Notes: generated from the letters alone by a model not told the origin. A stretch of DNA of 64,000 nt from Phyllobates terribilis (GCF_046119375.1 NW_027362771.1:417136001-417200000), one strand, 5' to 3'. Counted from the stretch's first letter, positions 1 through 12,755 are shown. Made by a program: numbers and translations.

Positions 1-140
1 ACATCATTGAACAGCTCCTCCAGGAAGATCCTGTCCAGAGATTAGGAGCCAATGGTAACATTCGACAACATCCTTTCTTCCAGCGAATTGATTGGGTCTC
101 AGTGGAAGCCCTTAGGATGGCCCCACCATACATCCCTGTA
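1..140 (+). CDS. PKC-delta/theta-like AGC Ser/Thr kinase, penultimate coding exon (5' end outside window)
   Basis: Frame from base 3 reads IIEQLLQEDPVQRLGANGNIRQHPFFQRIDWVSVEALRMAPPYIPV, matching the end of the kinase domain and start of the AGC tail (KRLG..NI..HPFF..I.W......PP..P.V of PKC-delta). Phase-0 donor GTAAGT at 141. Confidence 0.85.
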
Positions 141-1065
141 GTAAGTAAATGTACAGAATTGTCACATGGATCTGAATAAGATACTCTCACACAATCTTCT
201 ACGCTTTTGGATCTGTAATACATTATGTTTAATGCCAGGGTTGGAAAATAATTTGGATGGTGTTAATCTTTACATTATTATTATAGATGTTTGAGTTGGT
301 TGGACAATTTAATTTATTACCGGTGCATGTCTAGTCTATAGTATTGCACTTCTTTCAGACTCTTTTGCAGGCTATATGCAAATAATTAACTAGTTATAAG
401 TTCTGTCAGGTGCAAGCCATTTATTCTGGCAAAGCATTGCATAGGCATCTGCAGCTGGAGATAGTGGAGGGGAGCCTTGGCTAAAAAAAAAAATTGAAAA
501 GAGCTCCCCATAAGGATGAGTTCACAACATTTTGATAATTTTTCAGGCAGACCTGGAAGTGAATCTAAAGAAGATTAGTTTACATTTTTCAATAATAATT
601 CTCCTTTTTATATTCCCCACTGCTGATTTTGGCCAGAAGAAAAATAAAACAAAAAATATGAACCAAAAAAGCGGAACGGATAGAGCTAGCCCAATTTGGA
701 AAGAGTCTGTTTACAGGTCAAAGTGTTCAGAGTTGAAGTGTTAAGTACCGATTGTACTTATTTAAAAACTTTTCATTCTAACCATACTTGAGCTATTGCA
801 TGTTACCTGCACATAATTCTGCATCTTATACCTGATGAGACAGAATTATAATTGACCATAGAGATGATTAGTGGCACTGAAGCTCATATAAGTGACTAGA
901 CTTGAGCTGCAATTCTCGTGGTGCTGGTTTTGTCTCTAAGATATCATATTTACATTTGAAAATGTTCCTTTAATATTAAGCAATTTATTTTTTCAATACA
1001 TCAAGTGAAGACTTTTGATTAGTCACCAATTTCACCATGACTTTTTTCTGCATCTTTTTCTATAG

Positions 1066-1188
1066 CCAACTAAGCCTAAACCCCGGTTCCGTGCTTTTAA
1101 GCTTGAGAAGATCCAAGCAGCAGAGGCTGAATTATCTATAACACCAGAGGACCAGGCCAAGTTCAGAGGGTTTTCATTTGTCAACTAG
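1066..1188 (+). CDS. PKC-delta/theta-like AGC kinase, terminal coding exon
   Basis: Polypyrimidine tract + TATAG acceptor (1061-1065), phase 0. Encodes PTKPKPRFRAFKLEKIQAAEAELSITPEDQAKFRGFSFVN* with an AGC hydrophobic motif FxxFSF; TAG at 1186-1188. Confidence 0.85.
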   Translation, partial: PTKPKPRFRAFKLEKIQAAEAELSITPEDQAKFRGFSFVN

Positions 1189-1309
1189 AAAACCCTCAAC
1201 AAGACACCAGCTCAATAATATCAGAGCAAGCTGTGTACCTGAGCTTCCAGAAGATCGAAGACCAGAAGATCAGATGTCCAACATCAGGCACCTCCATATG
1301 GATAACTAT

Positions 1310-1975
1310 AAGTGTTAAGTATGAAAGAATAAGTATAGGTAACAAAGGATATGTGTAGGGAAGATAAGTATAGGTAAAGAAAAGATAAGAATAGCTAAAA
1401 AGGAGAAGTATATAAAAAAATCAATAAAAAAATAAGGTAAAAATGGATAAGGACTGGAAAAAAAAAGATAATTATATTTAACATTCAATAAAAAAAAATA
1501 AGCATAGGTAAGTAAGGATAAGGATGTGTAGGAAATGATAAGTATTGGTAGGTAAGGTTAAGTACTGGTAAATACGGATAAGTATATTTAACATTCAATA
1601 AAAAAGGGAAAAAAAAGCATAGAATAAGCATAGGTGAGTAATAATAGGTATAGGTAAGAAAAGATAAGTATAGGTAAAAAGTGTAAGTAAATATAGGTAA
1701 GAAAAGATAAGTATATTTAAAATTCAATAAAAATAAGAAAAAAATTACAAGCATAGGTAAGTAAGGATAAGTATAGGTAAGAAATATTAAGTATAGGTAA
1801 GTATAAGTAAGAATATGTTTATGTAAAAAACGATAAGTATAGGTATGTACATGATAAGTGTAGGTAAGAGGATAAGTATAGGTAAACATAGGTACAAAAG
1901 GATAAGTATAGGTAAGAATGGATAAGTATAGCTAAGTATAGGTAAATATAGGTAAGAAAGGAAGTATAGGTAATT
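1310..1975. repeat. Purine-rich degenerate minisatellite (~GATAAGTATAGGTAAGAA units, almost C-free on + strand)
   Basis: Dozens of imperfect ~15-20 bp units; accounts for spurious ORF 1485..1889. Confidence 0.85.
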
Positions 1976-2921
1976 ATAGTTTTGTGCTATTTATAGTAAA
2001 TAAACAAAAATATGTAGGATTTTCCAGGGGTTTCTACTTCAGAGTAAGCGTAGTAGAAATAATCCATGATACATCATTATTACACTTTTTTCAGTCATTG
2101 CTTATTTGTCTCCAAGTAATCTAGACCATTGCTAGCTTTCAATAGGACACTGATGTCCATCCCTCCATGTCACTGCCCTTCAATTTTGCCTTCAATATCT
2201 GATCTAAAATGTCACTAGGCTGGGTCGTTGCAGTTTTCCTTGTAAAGGATTAGTACATGCCCTGTCTTAAACAGTTGAATTATATGTATACATGCTAGAA
2301 TATCTGCCTCAAAAGCACACAGCAGCTGAAAGGGACCGTGTCAGTTATGAGGGCTTAGAGGAAAAGTGTTAGTCATATATTACTCTACATTAACTTGACT
2401 CCTAAATTTGTAAAAAAAAAAAATTAGCAAACATAAAACGTAGCGAAAGAGGCCGAATATTAATATTTCCAATTTCTTTAAAGGAAATCCATAAGTTACA
2501 TATTATGTTAAGATAAATCTGGAAAAAGCCTGATAAGTATAAGATAAATAAACATTGACAGAAAAAAGTGCAAAAATATGATAGAAGATATCACTGCTGA
2601 TAGGAGAGGCCCGGTCCTGCTGTACCCACATCCTATGGTCATAAAAGTATTCCACCAAAAAAGGTGCATGTGTGTGGATCTGTATGTGCATGTGTACACG
2701 GATGTTTCTGTGTGTGTCTCTGTGTGTGCAAATATGTAACTATGTATATATGATGTATGTGTGCCACAGTGGCTATCTGTACATTTAATCACACCCACAA
2801 AATACATATATGGGGGCTACGTAGCACATACACACACATTTTATGACTCATTTACACGCATTAAAATGCATTGATACAAACAGACAGATTTTATAATCCC
2901 GAAAATACATACATATATATG

Positions 2922-4193
2922 CAATGCTCAACATAAATGAGTATACCCCCTCTGAAAAGTTAGATTTTAATCTACGTCTCACTGAACACAAGAACAATTT
3001 ATTTATTTTTTACAAGACTGAGTTTCAAAGAACTTTTTTTTTAACCCATGACATGAAAGTAAGGTTAATAAATATAACTTTCATAACAAAATCTTTAGTT
3101 TTACTCAAATAAGTTGATGCAAAAATGAATACACCCAACATCAAAAACTATGACATCTAGTATTTTGTATGACCTCCATGATTTTTAAGAATCGCACCAA
3201 TTCTTCTAGGCATATTATGAACAAGACGGTGTCATATTCCAAAATCTATCTTTTTTCATTGTTCAACAATGACCTCTTTTAGGGCCTGGATGCTGGTTAG
3301 AGAGTGATGCTCAACTTGTCTCTTTAGAATTCCCCATAGGTCTTTGGTTAGGTTCAGGAGATATAATTGGCCACTGAATCACGTTCACCCTGTTCTCTTC
3401 AGAAATGCAACAATGATCTTAGATGTGTATTTTGGATCATTATCATGTTTGATATGTGCACATTTATCAATGGCACAGGGTGATAGAGAAGATGCTACTA
3501 TCAATATAGAGCAGTGCATCTGTAAATTTATGATACCCTCAATGATGTAGCGCCTCGATACCAGCAGCAGTTCGTGGAGGGTATTATAAATTCACAGATG
3601 TACTACCACTATATACTATAGATGTACTACCCTATTTTTAGAGAATATGCAACCATCACTCCGTGCCCTTGTAGACATGCTCTTTTCCAATAGGACAATG
3701 ATCCAAAACACCCATCTGTTGCATTTCTGAAGAAAAACAGGGTGAAAATGATTCACTGGCCAAATAGCTCCTGATCTGAACCCAATCAAACACCTATGGG
3801 AATTTTGAAGAGACAAATTGAGCATTACTCTCCACCCAGCATCCAGTCCCTAAAAGAGGTCATTTTTGAAGAATGGAAAAAAAAAAGATGTTGAATATGT
3901 AACCAACTTGTTCATGTCATGCCTATAAGACTTATTGGTGTTCTTAAAAATCATAGAGGTCATACAAAATACTAGATGTAGTATTTTGTTATGTGGGGTG
4001 TATTCAATTTTGCATCAACTAATTTGAATAAAAGTTAAGATTTTGTAATGAAAGTTATATTAACTTTACTTTCATCATAAAATGTACTATGAAACTCAGT
4101 CTTGTCAAAATTGGAGATTGTTCTTCTATTCAGTGAGACATTGATTAAAATCTTACTTATCAAAGGGGGTGTACTCATTTATGCTGAGCACTG
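2922..4193. mobile_element. Fold-back Tc1 derivative: two transposase 3' halves head-to-head
   Basis: Termini CAATGCTCAACATAAATGAGTATACCCCC / GGGGGTGTACTCATTTATGCTGAGCACTG are imperfect inverted repeats in TA-rich flanks. Decayed C-terminal DDE sequence (DNDPK, WP..SPDLNPI..LW, GGHTKY-like end) lies on - at ~3140-3550 and on + at ~3576-3975. Confidence 0.8.
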
Positions 4194-4720
4194 ATATATA
4201 TACATATATATATGCTCACATATATGAATAAATAATATAAACATATAGATAATATGTATGTATTTACATGAATATGAAACATACATGTTTGTTTATATCA
4301 ATCTATGTTAATGTGTGTAAATGAGTAAGTGTGTGTGTGTGTGTGTGTATATATAATATATGCTGCATAGTCCACATGTACGTATTTTGTGGGTGTGATT
4401 AAATGTATATCTTTGTATGAATTTACGTATGTTTGTGTTTCAGTGTGTATATGTAAGTGAATGTATGTTTGCCATGTGTATCTGCAAATGTATGCATATA
4501 CATGTATGTGTCACAGCGAGCATATGTGTGTGAATATATATGTAACTGTGTGTCACATTGTATACACCTATGCATTTGTGAGTGTAAATATATGTACATT
4601 CAGCATGTATTTGATCGTAGTAACTTAGTGTATAGATGTGAGTGTATGTATATGTGTGAATATGAGTTAGTTTGTGGCTGTGTATATATGCATGTACAGG
4701 TCAATGTGTAGTCACATGTT
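4194..4720. repeat. (TA)/(TG)-rich low-complexity tract
   Basis: Degenerate TG/TA dinucleotide repeats; similar tract at ~2660-2920. Confidence 0.8.
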
Positions 4721-5446
4721 CTTAGCTACCGTATATGGCCTCTTCCTGCACCTTTCCAAATACAGACACATAATTAGAGCATATGGAGAGGATAACAAAA
4801 ACAGTGTCTTTACACCTACAGATATTTATACAATTGCTACTGAATTAAATTGATATCGGTCTCAGAGTACGGCCCCACGGTGCGGCTGCAGACCACATAC
4901 ACACGTGGTGCAGAATGAGCCCATAATTATTAAGCAGCCAACCTTTTGTTTGTTGGTTGGGTGATCGCCTGCCTGTTTACACTGCACAATTATCGGAAAA
5001 TGATGGTTCCTAAGAACACCCATTCTCGATAATTGACCAGTGTAAGTGCCCCCTTAGTTAGACATAAGCTTTAAATAGCCTAAATATAAAGATAAGATAG
5101 ACATATATGTATTAGATATTCCATGTAAATGTGTGACAGGGCCCCATCCAGAGCGGACACTGCAGTGAACCAGGGATTAGCCGATCGCCAGTAGTTGGGG
5201 TCAGGAAGGAATTTTTCCCCACACATGGGGTTGTTTTGCCTTCCTCTGGTTCACATCCTTTTTATGCAGTAAATCCTATAAATGGCACTGGATGATCAAA
5301 TTAAACTAAATGTTATAATAGATAAGAATAAAAATTAATAAACTATTCATTGTGTCTGTGTCTTCTTTATATTATGTTCATTCTGCTGTGACTATTATTT
5401 TAATTTTGGACTGCTGTTGTGAATGTTACAAATGGCAAGGAATTAA

Positions 5447-6330
5447 CCTCTTTCCGACATGTGCCGTATATGTACGGCACACGCCGTGTCTCTCCCTTCA
5501 GCGCGGGCTCCGGCTATGAGCCCGCACCTTTCCAGGGACATGACAGCTGATCTGATCAGCTGTCAAATGCCCCTAACAGCCGAGGGTTCAATCGCGATCC
5601 ATGCAAGGCTGTCAATCTCTGACAGTGGCATTTAACATGGCCGCGATGGAAGAACAAGAGTCCTGCCCATCGGCGGCCGTGTCACATGACAGCGGGTCGC
5701 CGATGGGTTGGCATGACAACCCAGGGTCTGCAGGAGACCTCTGCGGTTGTCAATATCAAGATGCTATGAGCGCCGCCTAGCGGTTCGCGCTCATAGCAAG
5801 TGAGCAATTCTGCTACACACAGGCAATCTGATCATCGCAGCTTCTAGTCTCCCATGGAGACTATTGAAGCGTGTAAAAAGTAAAGAAAAATGTAAAAAAT
5901 ATAAACGTTTCAATCACCCCCCTATTGCCCCATTCAAAATAAATCAATAAAAAAAAATCAAATATACACATATTTGGTACTGAAGAGTTCAGAATCGCCC
6001 GATCTATCAATATATAAAAAGAGTTAATCCAATATCGGTGTAACGAAAAGAAAAAAAAACGCCAGAATTACGTTTTTTTTGGTTGTCGCAACATTGCAAT
6101 AAAATGCAATAACAGGTGATCAAAAGATCGTATATACCCCAAAATGGTATTAAAAAAAAAAGGCCGGCTCAATGCACAAAAATAAGCCATCATACGGCCC
6201 CAGATCCCAAAAAACGGGTCTCGGAAAATGTCGACTTTTTTCTTTTTTTTTAACAAACTTTGGATTTTTTCTTCACTACTTAAATAAAAAAGAACCTATA
6301 TATGTTGGGTATCTACAAACTCAGAATGAC
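5447..6330 (-). mobile_element. Partial TTAA-flanked piggyBac-like non-autonomous element (same family as 6716-7990 and 9943-11188)
   Basis: TTAA at 5443-5446 then CCTCTTTCCGAC; internal segments (GACAGCGGCATTTAAC, CTAGTCTCCCATGGAGAC, CCCCAGATCCC) are shared with the other copies; far end lost. Confidence 0.65.
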
Positions 6331-6388
6331 CCGGAGTATCACCATGTGACTTGTCATTTGGGTATTTTAAGGTCCTTAAATGCATGTA

Positions 6389-8880
6389 CACTAGTGGCCA
6401 AAACTGAGGCAACACCCTCAAGATTTATGAATTTTTAGCATTTTTCCAATACAAATTTCATGAATGTTTTTGATTTCACAGTAAAGTTTTTAAGTAGAAA
6501 TAACAAAATCTCATATAGAAACACAATATTAGCAGGAAATTTGTTCATTTGTCAACAAATTGGACACTATTGTCACTCAGATGACTGTGGGAGAAAAGCC
6601 ATTTATTTGTCCTATTTTCATATCTAACACTAAAATGTTAATACTTAGTTGGATAGCCCTTGGCCTTGATAACAGCCTGGCATCTACTTGGCATGCTATC
6701 TACCAGTTTGTTTAACCCCTTCGCAACCTTGGGTTTTGTCATTTTTGCTTTTTCGTTTTTTGCTCCCCTTGTTCCCAGAGCCATATAGCGTTTTTATTTT
6801 TTGGTCAATATGGCCATGTGAGGGCTTATTTTTTGGGGGACAAGTTGTACTTTTCAACGCCATTACTAGTTTTACCATATCGTGCGGTAAAATTGCAAAA
6901 AAAGTGCAATACAACAGTTGTTTTTTTATTTCTTTTTTTTACCACGTTCACTGAATGCTAAAACTGACCTGCCATTCTTATTCTCCAGGTCATTACGAGT
7001 TCGTAGACACCAAACATGTATAGGTTCTTTTATATTTAAGTGGTGAAAAAAAATTCCAAAATTTGGTAAAAAAAAAACTAAAAAAAAAATAGCACCATTT
7101 TCCGAGACCTGTAGCGTCTCCATTTTTCGTGATCTGGGGCTTATTTTTTGCGCGCCGGTCTGACGTTTTTATTGATAACATTTTGGGGTAGATCCGATGT
7201 TTTGATCGCCCGTTATTGCATTTTATTGCAATTTTGCGGCGACCAAAAAACGTAATTCTGGCGTTTAGAATTTTTTTCTCATTACACCGTTTACCGATCG
7301 GATTGATTCTTTTTTTATATTGATAGATGGGGCGATTCTGAACGCGGCGATACCAAATATGTCTATGTAGGTTTTTTTTTTTATATATATATATTTTATT
7401 TTGAATGGGGTGAAAGGGGGGTGATTTAAACTTTTATATTTTTTTAATTTTTTTTATATTTTTAAAAACTTTTTTTTTTCACTTACTGCATGCTTCAATA
7501 GTCTCCATAGGAGACTAGAAGTAGCAGTTGTCTGATCGTCTCTGCTACATACAGGGGACGAGCAGATCCCCTGCATGCAGCAGAAATGGTCCTGTGCTAT
7601 GAGCGCCGACCACTAGGTGGCGCTCATAGCGACCAGATCATGACAACCACAGGCGTCTGCTGCAGACCCTGGGTTGTCATGCCCACCCATCGGTGACCCG
7701 CGATCACGTGACAGGGTCGCCGATGGGTGGGGCTTATGACGCGCAACCCGGAAGCGCGCGTTAAATGCCGCTGTCGGACATTGACAGCGGCATTTAACAT
7801 GTTAACAGCCGCGGGTGGATCGCGATTCCACCCGCGGCTGTTGCGGGCACATGTCAGCTGTAAGAATCAGCTGACATGTGCCCAGTTCAGTGAGGGATGT
7901 GCCCAGTTCAGTGAGGGCTCAGCGCAGCAGCCCTCACTGAACGGGGGGTACGCAAATGTGCGTACTAAGACGTCATGGGTTGGAAAGGGGTTAAATCAGA
8001 TGGTGTGATGATATGAAACCATGATTTGATGATGGCTGCAATGAGTTCTTGCTTGTTTGAAGCCCGCTGTTTTGACACCGCTCTTTTGAGCCGAGCCCAG
8101 AGATTCTCAATAGGATTGAGATCTGGGCTGTTTCCTGGCCAATTCAATAGCTGGACATTTTTGTCCTTGAACAAAGAGAGACATTTTTTAGCTGTATGGC
8201 ATGTGGCTCCATCTTGCTGAAAAATAAACTGTGTCCCTTCACCAAATATATCACGTGTTGAAGGAATGAGTTTAGGCTGAAGTACTTCCTTGATGTCCTT
8301 TTCAGCATTAACTATTCCTTCAATTACCTACAGCCTACCAACTGCATTTCTGGACATGCAGCCCCATACCATAACACTCAGAGGATGCTTCATGGTGGGT
8401 ACTGTACACTCTGGCAAGCAATCCTCTCCAGGTCATCGTCGAACGTAGCGGACACCGTCGCTGCCAAAGATGGATATCCGTGTCTCATCGCTCCATAAAA
8501 CATTTCTCCATTGTTCAATGGTCCATTTAGAATGTTCCTTGGCCACTGCAGACGTTTCTGACGCTGTGAGGTATACAAAAATGGCTTTTTACGTGGTATT
8601 CTGCCTCTTAACCCCGTGTTTACCAAACGCCGTTGAACCGTCCGATCGGACACTGTCACTCCGGTGTTGACAAGCTACTTGTTGATGTCAACAGCAGTTG
8701 ATTTCCTGTTATTTAGGGCGATTCTAACAATTCTTCTATCAGTCTGAGGAGTTGTAGCCTTCTTCCTTCCTCTACCTGGTTTATCCTTTATCGGACCAGT
8801 CTCTTGAAATCGCTTACACACTTTGAGAATATTTGTAGCTACAAAAATTATTGTAGAATAATTTTTTGTGGATGACAAGA
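6389..8880 (-). mobile_element. Degenerate Tc1 element with transposase pseudogene, interrupted by a TTAA MITE
   Basis: TA + CACTAGTGGCCAAAACTG end at 6389. Transposase frames 8675-8878 (GRGRKK), 8390-8659 (RGRIPRKKPFL), 7995-8174 (WPGNSPDLNPIENLW), continued at 6715-6638 (NKLVDSMPSRCQAVIKAKGYPTKY*). Confidence 0.9.
6716..7990 (+). mobile_element. piggyBac-like non-autonomous element, TTAA TSD
   Basis: TTAA at 6712-6715 and 7991-7994; termini CCCCTTCGCAACC / GGTTGGAAAGGGG; no coding capacity. Confidence 0.85.
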
Positions 8881-9169
8881 CAGGAGAAACATGAAGGCTT
8901 TACTTTTGTGATCCTGCCCCCTGGCTAATATCCCCATTTACTGTGCGATGGAGAAATAAAACAAGAACTTACCTTACTATGGCTCGCTATGGACACATTC
9001 CTGACAGTTTGGCAGCTGCATATATTATTTATTTTGGTGGGCAGTGGTATCTGGGGGTTTGGTCCATGGTGGGTGGTAGATACTGTATATGATGGGAAAA
9101 TAGAAGAAATGTTAGCAGAGTTAATAGTGCACAAATCATTTGTAAAATAAAAAAATAGAAATAAATTTA

Positions 9170-9870
9170 CACTCAACAATGAAATACATCAATAAGGAAA
9201 AGTTGTGGAATTCTGGAAATCACAGGATGGATTGAAGCAAAATTTGAAAACATCTTGATTTATTCAGTATCAAGTATGAGCGCCAAGCGTAGAAATCCCT
9301 GCACTTACACACCTTGGCTGCTGTCAATGAGGTTATTAATCGTTGTCTGAAGAACTTTCTGCCACACTGAATGCATTTGGGCAAATCATCAACAGCCGCT
9401 GCTGGCAGATCCCTGCGCCACTGCTGACCAATGACGTTCCAGATGTGCTTGATGGGAGACAAGTCCGGAGACGCTGCAGGCCACGTTAGGACATTTAGGC
9501 CACGCAGGCTGCTCACAGTAGCAAGGGAAATAGGCGACCTGGTGATGTCTTGTTGAAAAATGGCTCCTGGGACACTTTGGAGAAATGATCTTACCATTGG
9601 ATCTACGACCAAATCAAAGTAATGCTGAGCAATTAGCGTACCTAGAATTAAGACTGGAGTGGTCCGGCTACCATACATTATGACGCCCCACACCATAACC
9701 CAAGGAGTATAACCAGTGTGATATTCCTTTGTGAAGGCCTCTTCATTGACCTCACGCGACCACTCTCATAGGCTATGATGTGATGAGTCCTGCCTTTTTC
9801 TTGGATGCAGTGATAGCCAGAGATTGGCCTAAAGACCATGTGGGCAATGTCATGAAGTGGTGTTGCCTCT
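9170..9870 (-). mobile_element. Tc1 transposase fragment
   Basis: ORF 9220..9696: MVWGVI..., IFQQD, WPAASPDLSPIKHIW; TA + CACTCAACAATG end near 9170. Confidence 0.85.
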
Positions 9871-9942
9871 GTATGGTGTTTTTTTTTATTTTTTAAATCT
9901 AGAATACTGGCAACTTCTGACCTACTTACAAGTCCTCATTAA

Positions 9943-11188
9943 CCCCTTTACAGCCTGGGGCGTAATAGTGCGCACCAGACTGTCACCCCCTGTTTAGCAC
10001 GGGCTCCGGCGCTGAGCCCACACTGAACCGGGCACATGTCAGCTGATTATTACAGCGGACATGTGCCCGAAACAGCCGCAGGTGGAATCGCGATGCACCA
10101 GCGGCTGTTAACATATTAAATGCCGCTGTCAATCTCTGACAGCGGCATTTAACAGCGTCGCGCCGGAAGTGCATCACTTACCCCGCCCATCGGTGACCCC
10201 GTCACGTGATCACGGGTCACCGATGCGTGGGAATAACATACCGGGGCCTGCAGCAGACCCCAGTGGTTGTCATGAAAAAATTGATATGAGCGCCACCTAG
10301 TGGTCGGCGCTCATAGCACAGGAACATTTCTACTACATAGAGGTGATCTGTTCATCACCTCTATGTAGCAGAGGCGATCAGGGAATTGCTGCTTCTAGTC
10401 TCCTATGGAGACTATTGAAGCAAGCAAAAAGTGTAAAAAAAAATGTTTAAAAAATTTAAAAAAGTTTAAATCACCCCCCTTTCGCCTCATTCAAAATAAA
10501 ATAATAATAATAATAAAAAAATCCCACATACATATATTTGGTATTTCCGCGTTCAGAATCGCCCGATATATAATATAAAAAAAGAATTAATCCGATCACT
10601 AAACGGCGTAACGAGAAAAAAATTCCAAACGCCAGAATTACATTTTTTGGTCGCTGCAACATTGCAATAAAATGCAATAAAGGGCGATTGAAACATTGGA
10701 TCTACCCCAAAATGGTATCAATAAAAATTTCAGCTGGGCGCGCAAAAAATACACCCTCACCCGGCCCCAGATCCCCAGAGCCTTGGAAAATGGCGCCATT
10801 TTTTTTTTTAAGCCATCTTTGGATTTTTTTTTCACCACTTAAATAAAAAAGAACCTGTACATGTTTTGTATCTACGAACTCGTAATGACCTGGAGAATAA
10901 GAATGGCAGGTCAGTTTTAGCATTCAGTGAACGTGGTAAAAAAAAAAAAAAAAAAACATATGTGGTATTGCACTTTTTTTGTAATTTCACCGCACTTGGA
11001 TTTTTTTCCCATGTTCCCGTACACGATATGGTAAAACCAGTAATGTCGTTCAAAAGTACAACTCGTCCCGCAAAAAATAAGCCCACACATGGCCATATTG
11101 ACGAAAAAATATAAACGCTATGGCTCTGGGAACAAGTGGAGCAAAAAACGAAAATGCAAAAATGGAAAATCCCAGGGTCCTTAAGGGG
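9943..11188 (-). mobile_element. piggyBac-like non-autonomous element, TTAA TSD, inverted relative to 6716-7990
   Basis: TTAA at 9939-9942 and 11189-11192; termini CCCCTTTA / TTAAGGGG; body is the reverse complement of the 6716-7990 family. Confidence 0.85.
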
Positions 11189-12039
11189 TTAAACAATAGG
11201 TCATGTTCTGATGACACATTCCCTTTAACTGTCTTAATAACATCTAACTGCTTATCTTTGCACAGGTGAAAATATTCATCTGAATCATTTGGATCAGAAT
11301 CATTTGAAACAATTTCCTTGGCAGAAAGTGAATCTGAAGATAGATATGCCAGAGAAGGGAATTTCAAGAGAGAATATTTTTTTTTTTTACTTTCTCTTAA
11401 TTTTCTTGCTCTCAACATGCAACTCGTATATGTGGAGACAGATAAAAATATTTTTTAATATAATTATCAAATAACCTTCAAAAAGCAGCAAAACCTCCTA
11501 ACTTATACAAAAGAAAATGTAGTGGAGCTAACTTTTCCCATGTTGATAAAAACACAACAGAAGGTATAAAATATAGATTCTAGAACCAGAATATGTAGCC
11601 AGATATAAGCAAAAGCACCCTCATACAAATACCTAGAGAATAGGTACAGTTTAATAACACTTGTCATACTAAGCCCCATAATAACCAGAAGAGGGCAGTA
11701 TATACAGTAAAGCTTAAAGCACAATGTTCTGAGATCAGCAGAAGGCACGATGCTGAAGTTGGTTTTTTATTCGTCATTTTCTTATTCGGCAATTTTTTTT
11801 TGTATTTTTACAGGTTTAATTACAAAAATAAAAAATTGCAATAATGAAATACAATGCAGCAAGGTGCTCTGACGTGAACACGCTTAAAGGCGGCTACAAA
11901 AGTCATAAAACTGGCACAAAAATGGGTATCAAAGCAGGCACTGAAGGGCGTTATTGAAAGGGTTAAATGACTTTGGGAGACTGATCTCACACCACCAATA
12001 TACAGATATTGATGGCTCGCATCAAATTCAGGTCACTCC

Positions 12040-12200
12040 AGCCAGGCCCAAATGGGTTCTAAGCATCAGAACGGGCATCGAAGTGGGCAAATAGACACTT
12101 TTTACAGCACTGAATAAGATACGAACTTCAGCATCGTGCAGATCCCAGCCTTATCCGGACAGTGGTCACAGTACAGCGGCCTCTGCACACTATCAACTAA
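12040..12200 (-). mobile_element. Remnant resembling the piggyBac C-terminal cysteine-rich domain
   Basis: Minus-strand YCDHCPDKAGIC resembles the PGBD YxCxxCP..PGLC motif; degenerate. Confidence 0.4.
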
Positions 12201-12404
12201 TTTTTCATCAGCGCCCTGGTATGCCTGATGTGCTCGTGCTGATATACCTGATGAGCCCCAAACCCCTGTAGCAGCGGCCGCCACCAGGGGTCGTCTGTCC
12301 GCACACTGCAGTCTGTGTATTATGTACAGCGCTTATGGCCCCACCCATCACAACAGCCAATCACCGCACATAACAGGAGGAGCTTGAGGCAGAAGGTGGG
12401 GGGG

Positions 12405-12580
12405 GGATTAGCTAGTCTGTAGTGATTGGATTGCGTGGGATTATCTAGTCTGCAGTGGTTGGATTTGGGGGGGGGGATTAGCTAGTCTGTAGTGGTTGGA
12501 TTGGGGGGGAGGATTAGCTAGTCTGTAGTGGTTGGATTGCAGTGATTATCTAGTCTGTAGTGGATGGAATGCTGGGAGTT
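12405..12580. repeat. ~35-bp minisatellite (GATTAGCTAGTCTGTAGTGGTTGGATTGGGGG), ~5 copies
   Basis: Direct tandem copies visible. Confidence 0.8.
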
Positions 12581-12755
12581 GTAGTTCCCCAATACCAGGT
12601 AAGTACTAACTGCTCAGTTTATCATACAGCAATGAAAACCTATTAATGAGCTGCAGAAACCTCAGGATCGTCTTCTTCTGTGTCACCTCGCTCTGCCATA
12701 GATAGTACAGACATGTGTGCCAGTCAGTGGGAGGTGGTGGCAGAGGTAATTTTAG

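Noticed and set aside
1485-1889. 134-aa minus-strand ORF
   Set aside because: Low-complexity TYPYL repeats derived from the minisatellite.
8973-9015. Minus-strand 43-nt exon with a GTAAGT donor
   Set aside because: Weak acceptor, no recognisable peptide, isolated between transposon fragments.
11266-11474. Plus-strand exon after a TTTGCACAG acceptor
   Set aside because: The only open frame (ENIHLNHLDQNHLKQFPWQK...) matches nothing I recognise and has no convincing donor or partner exons.
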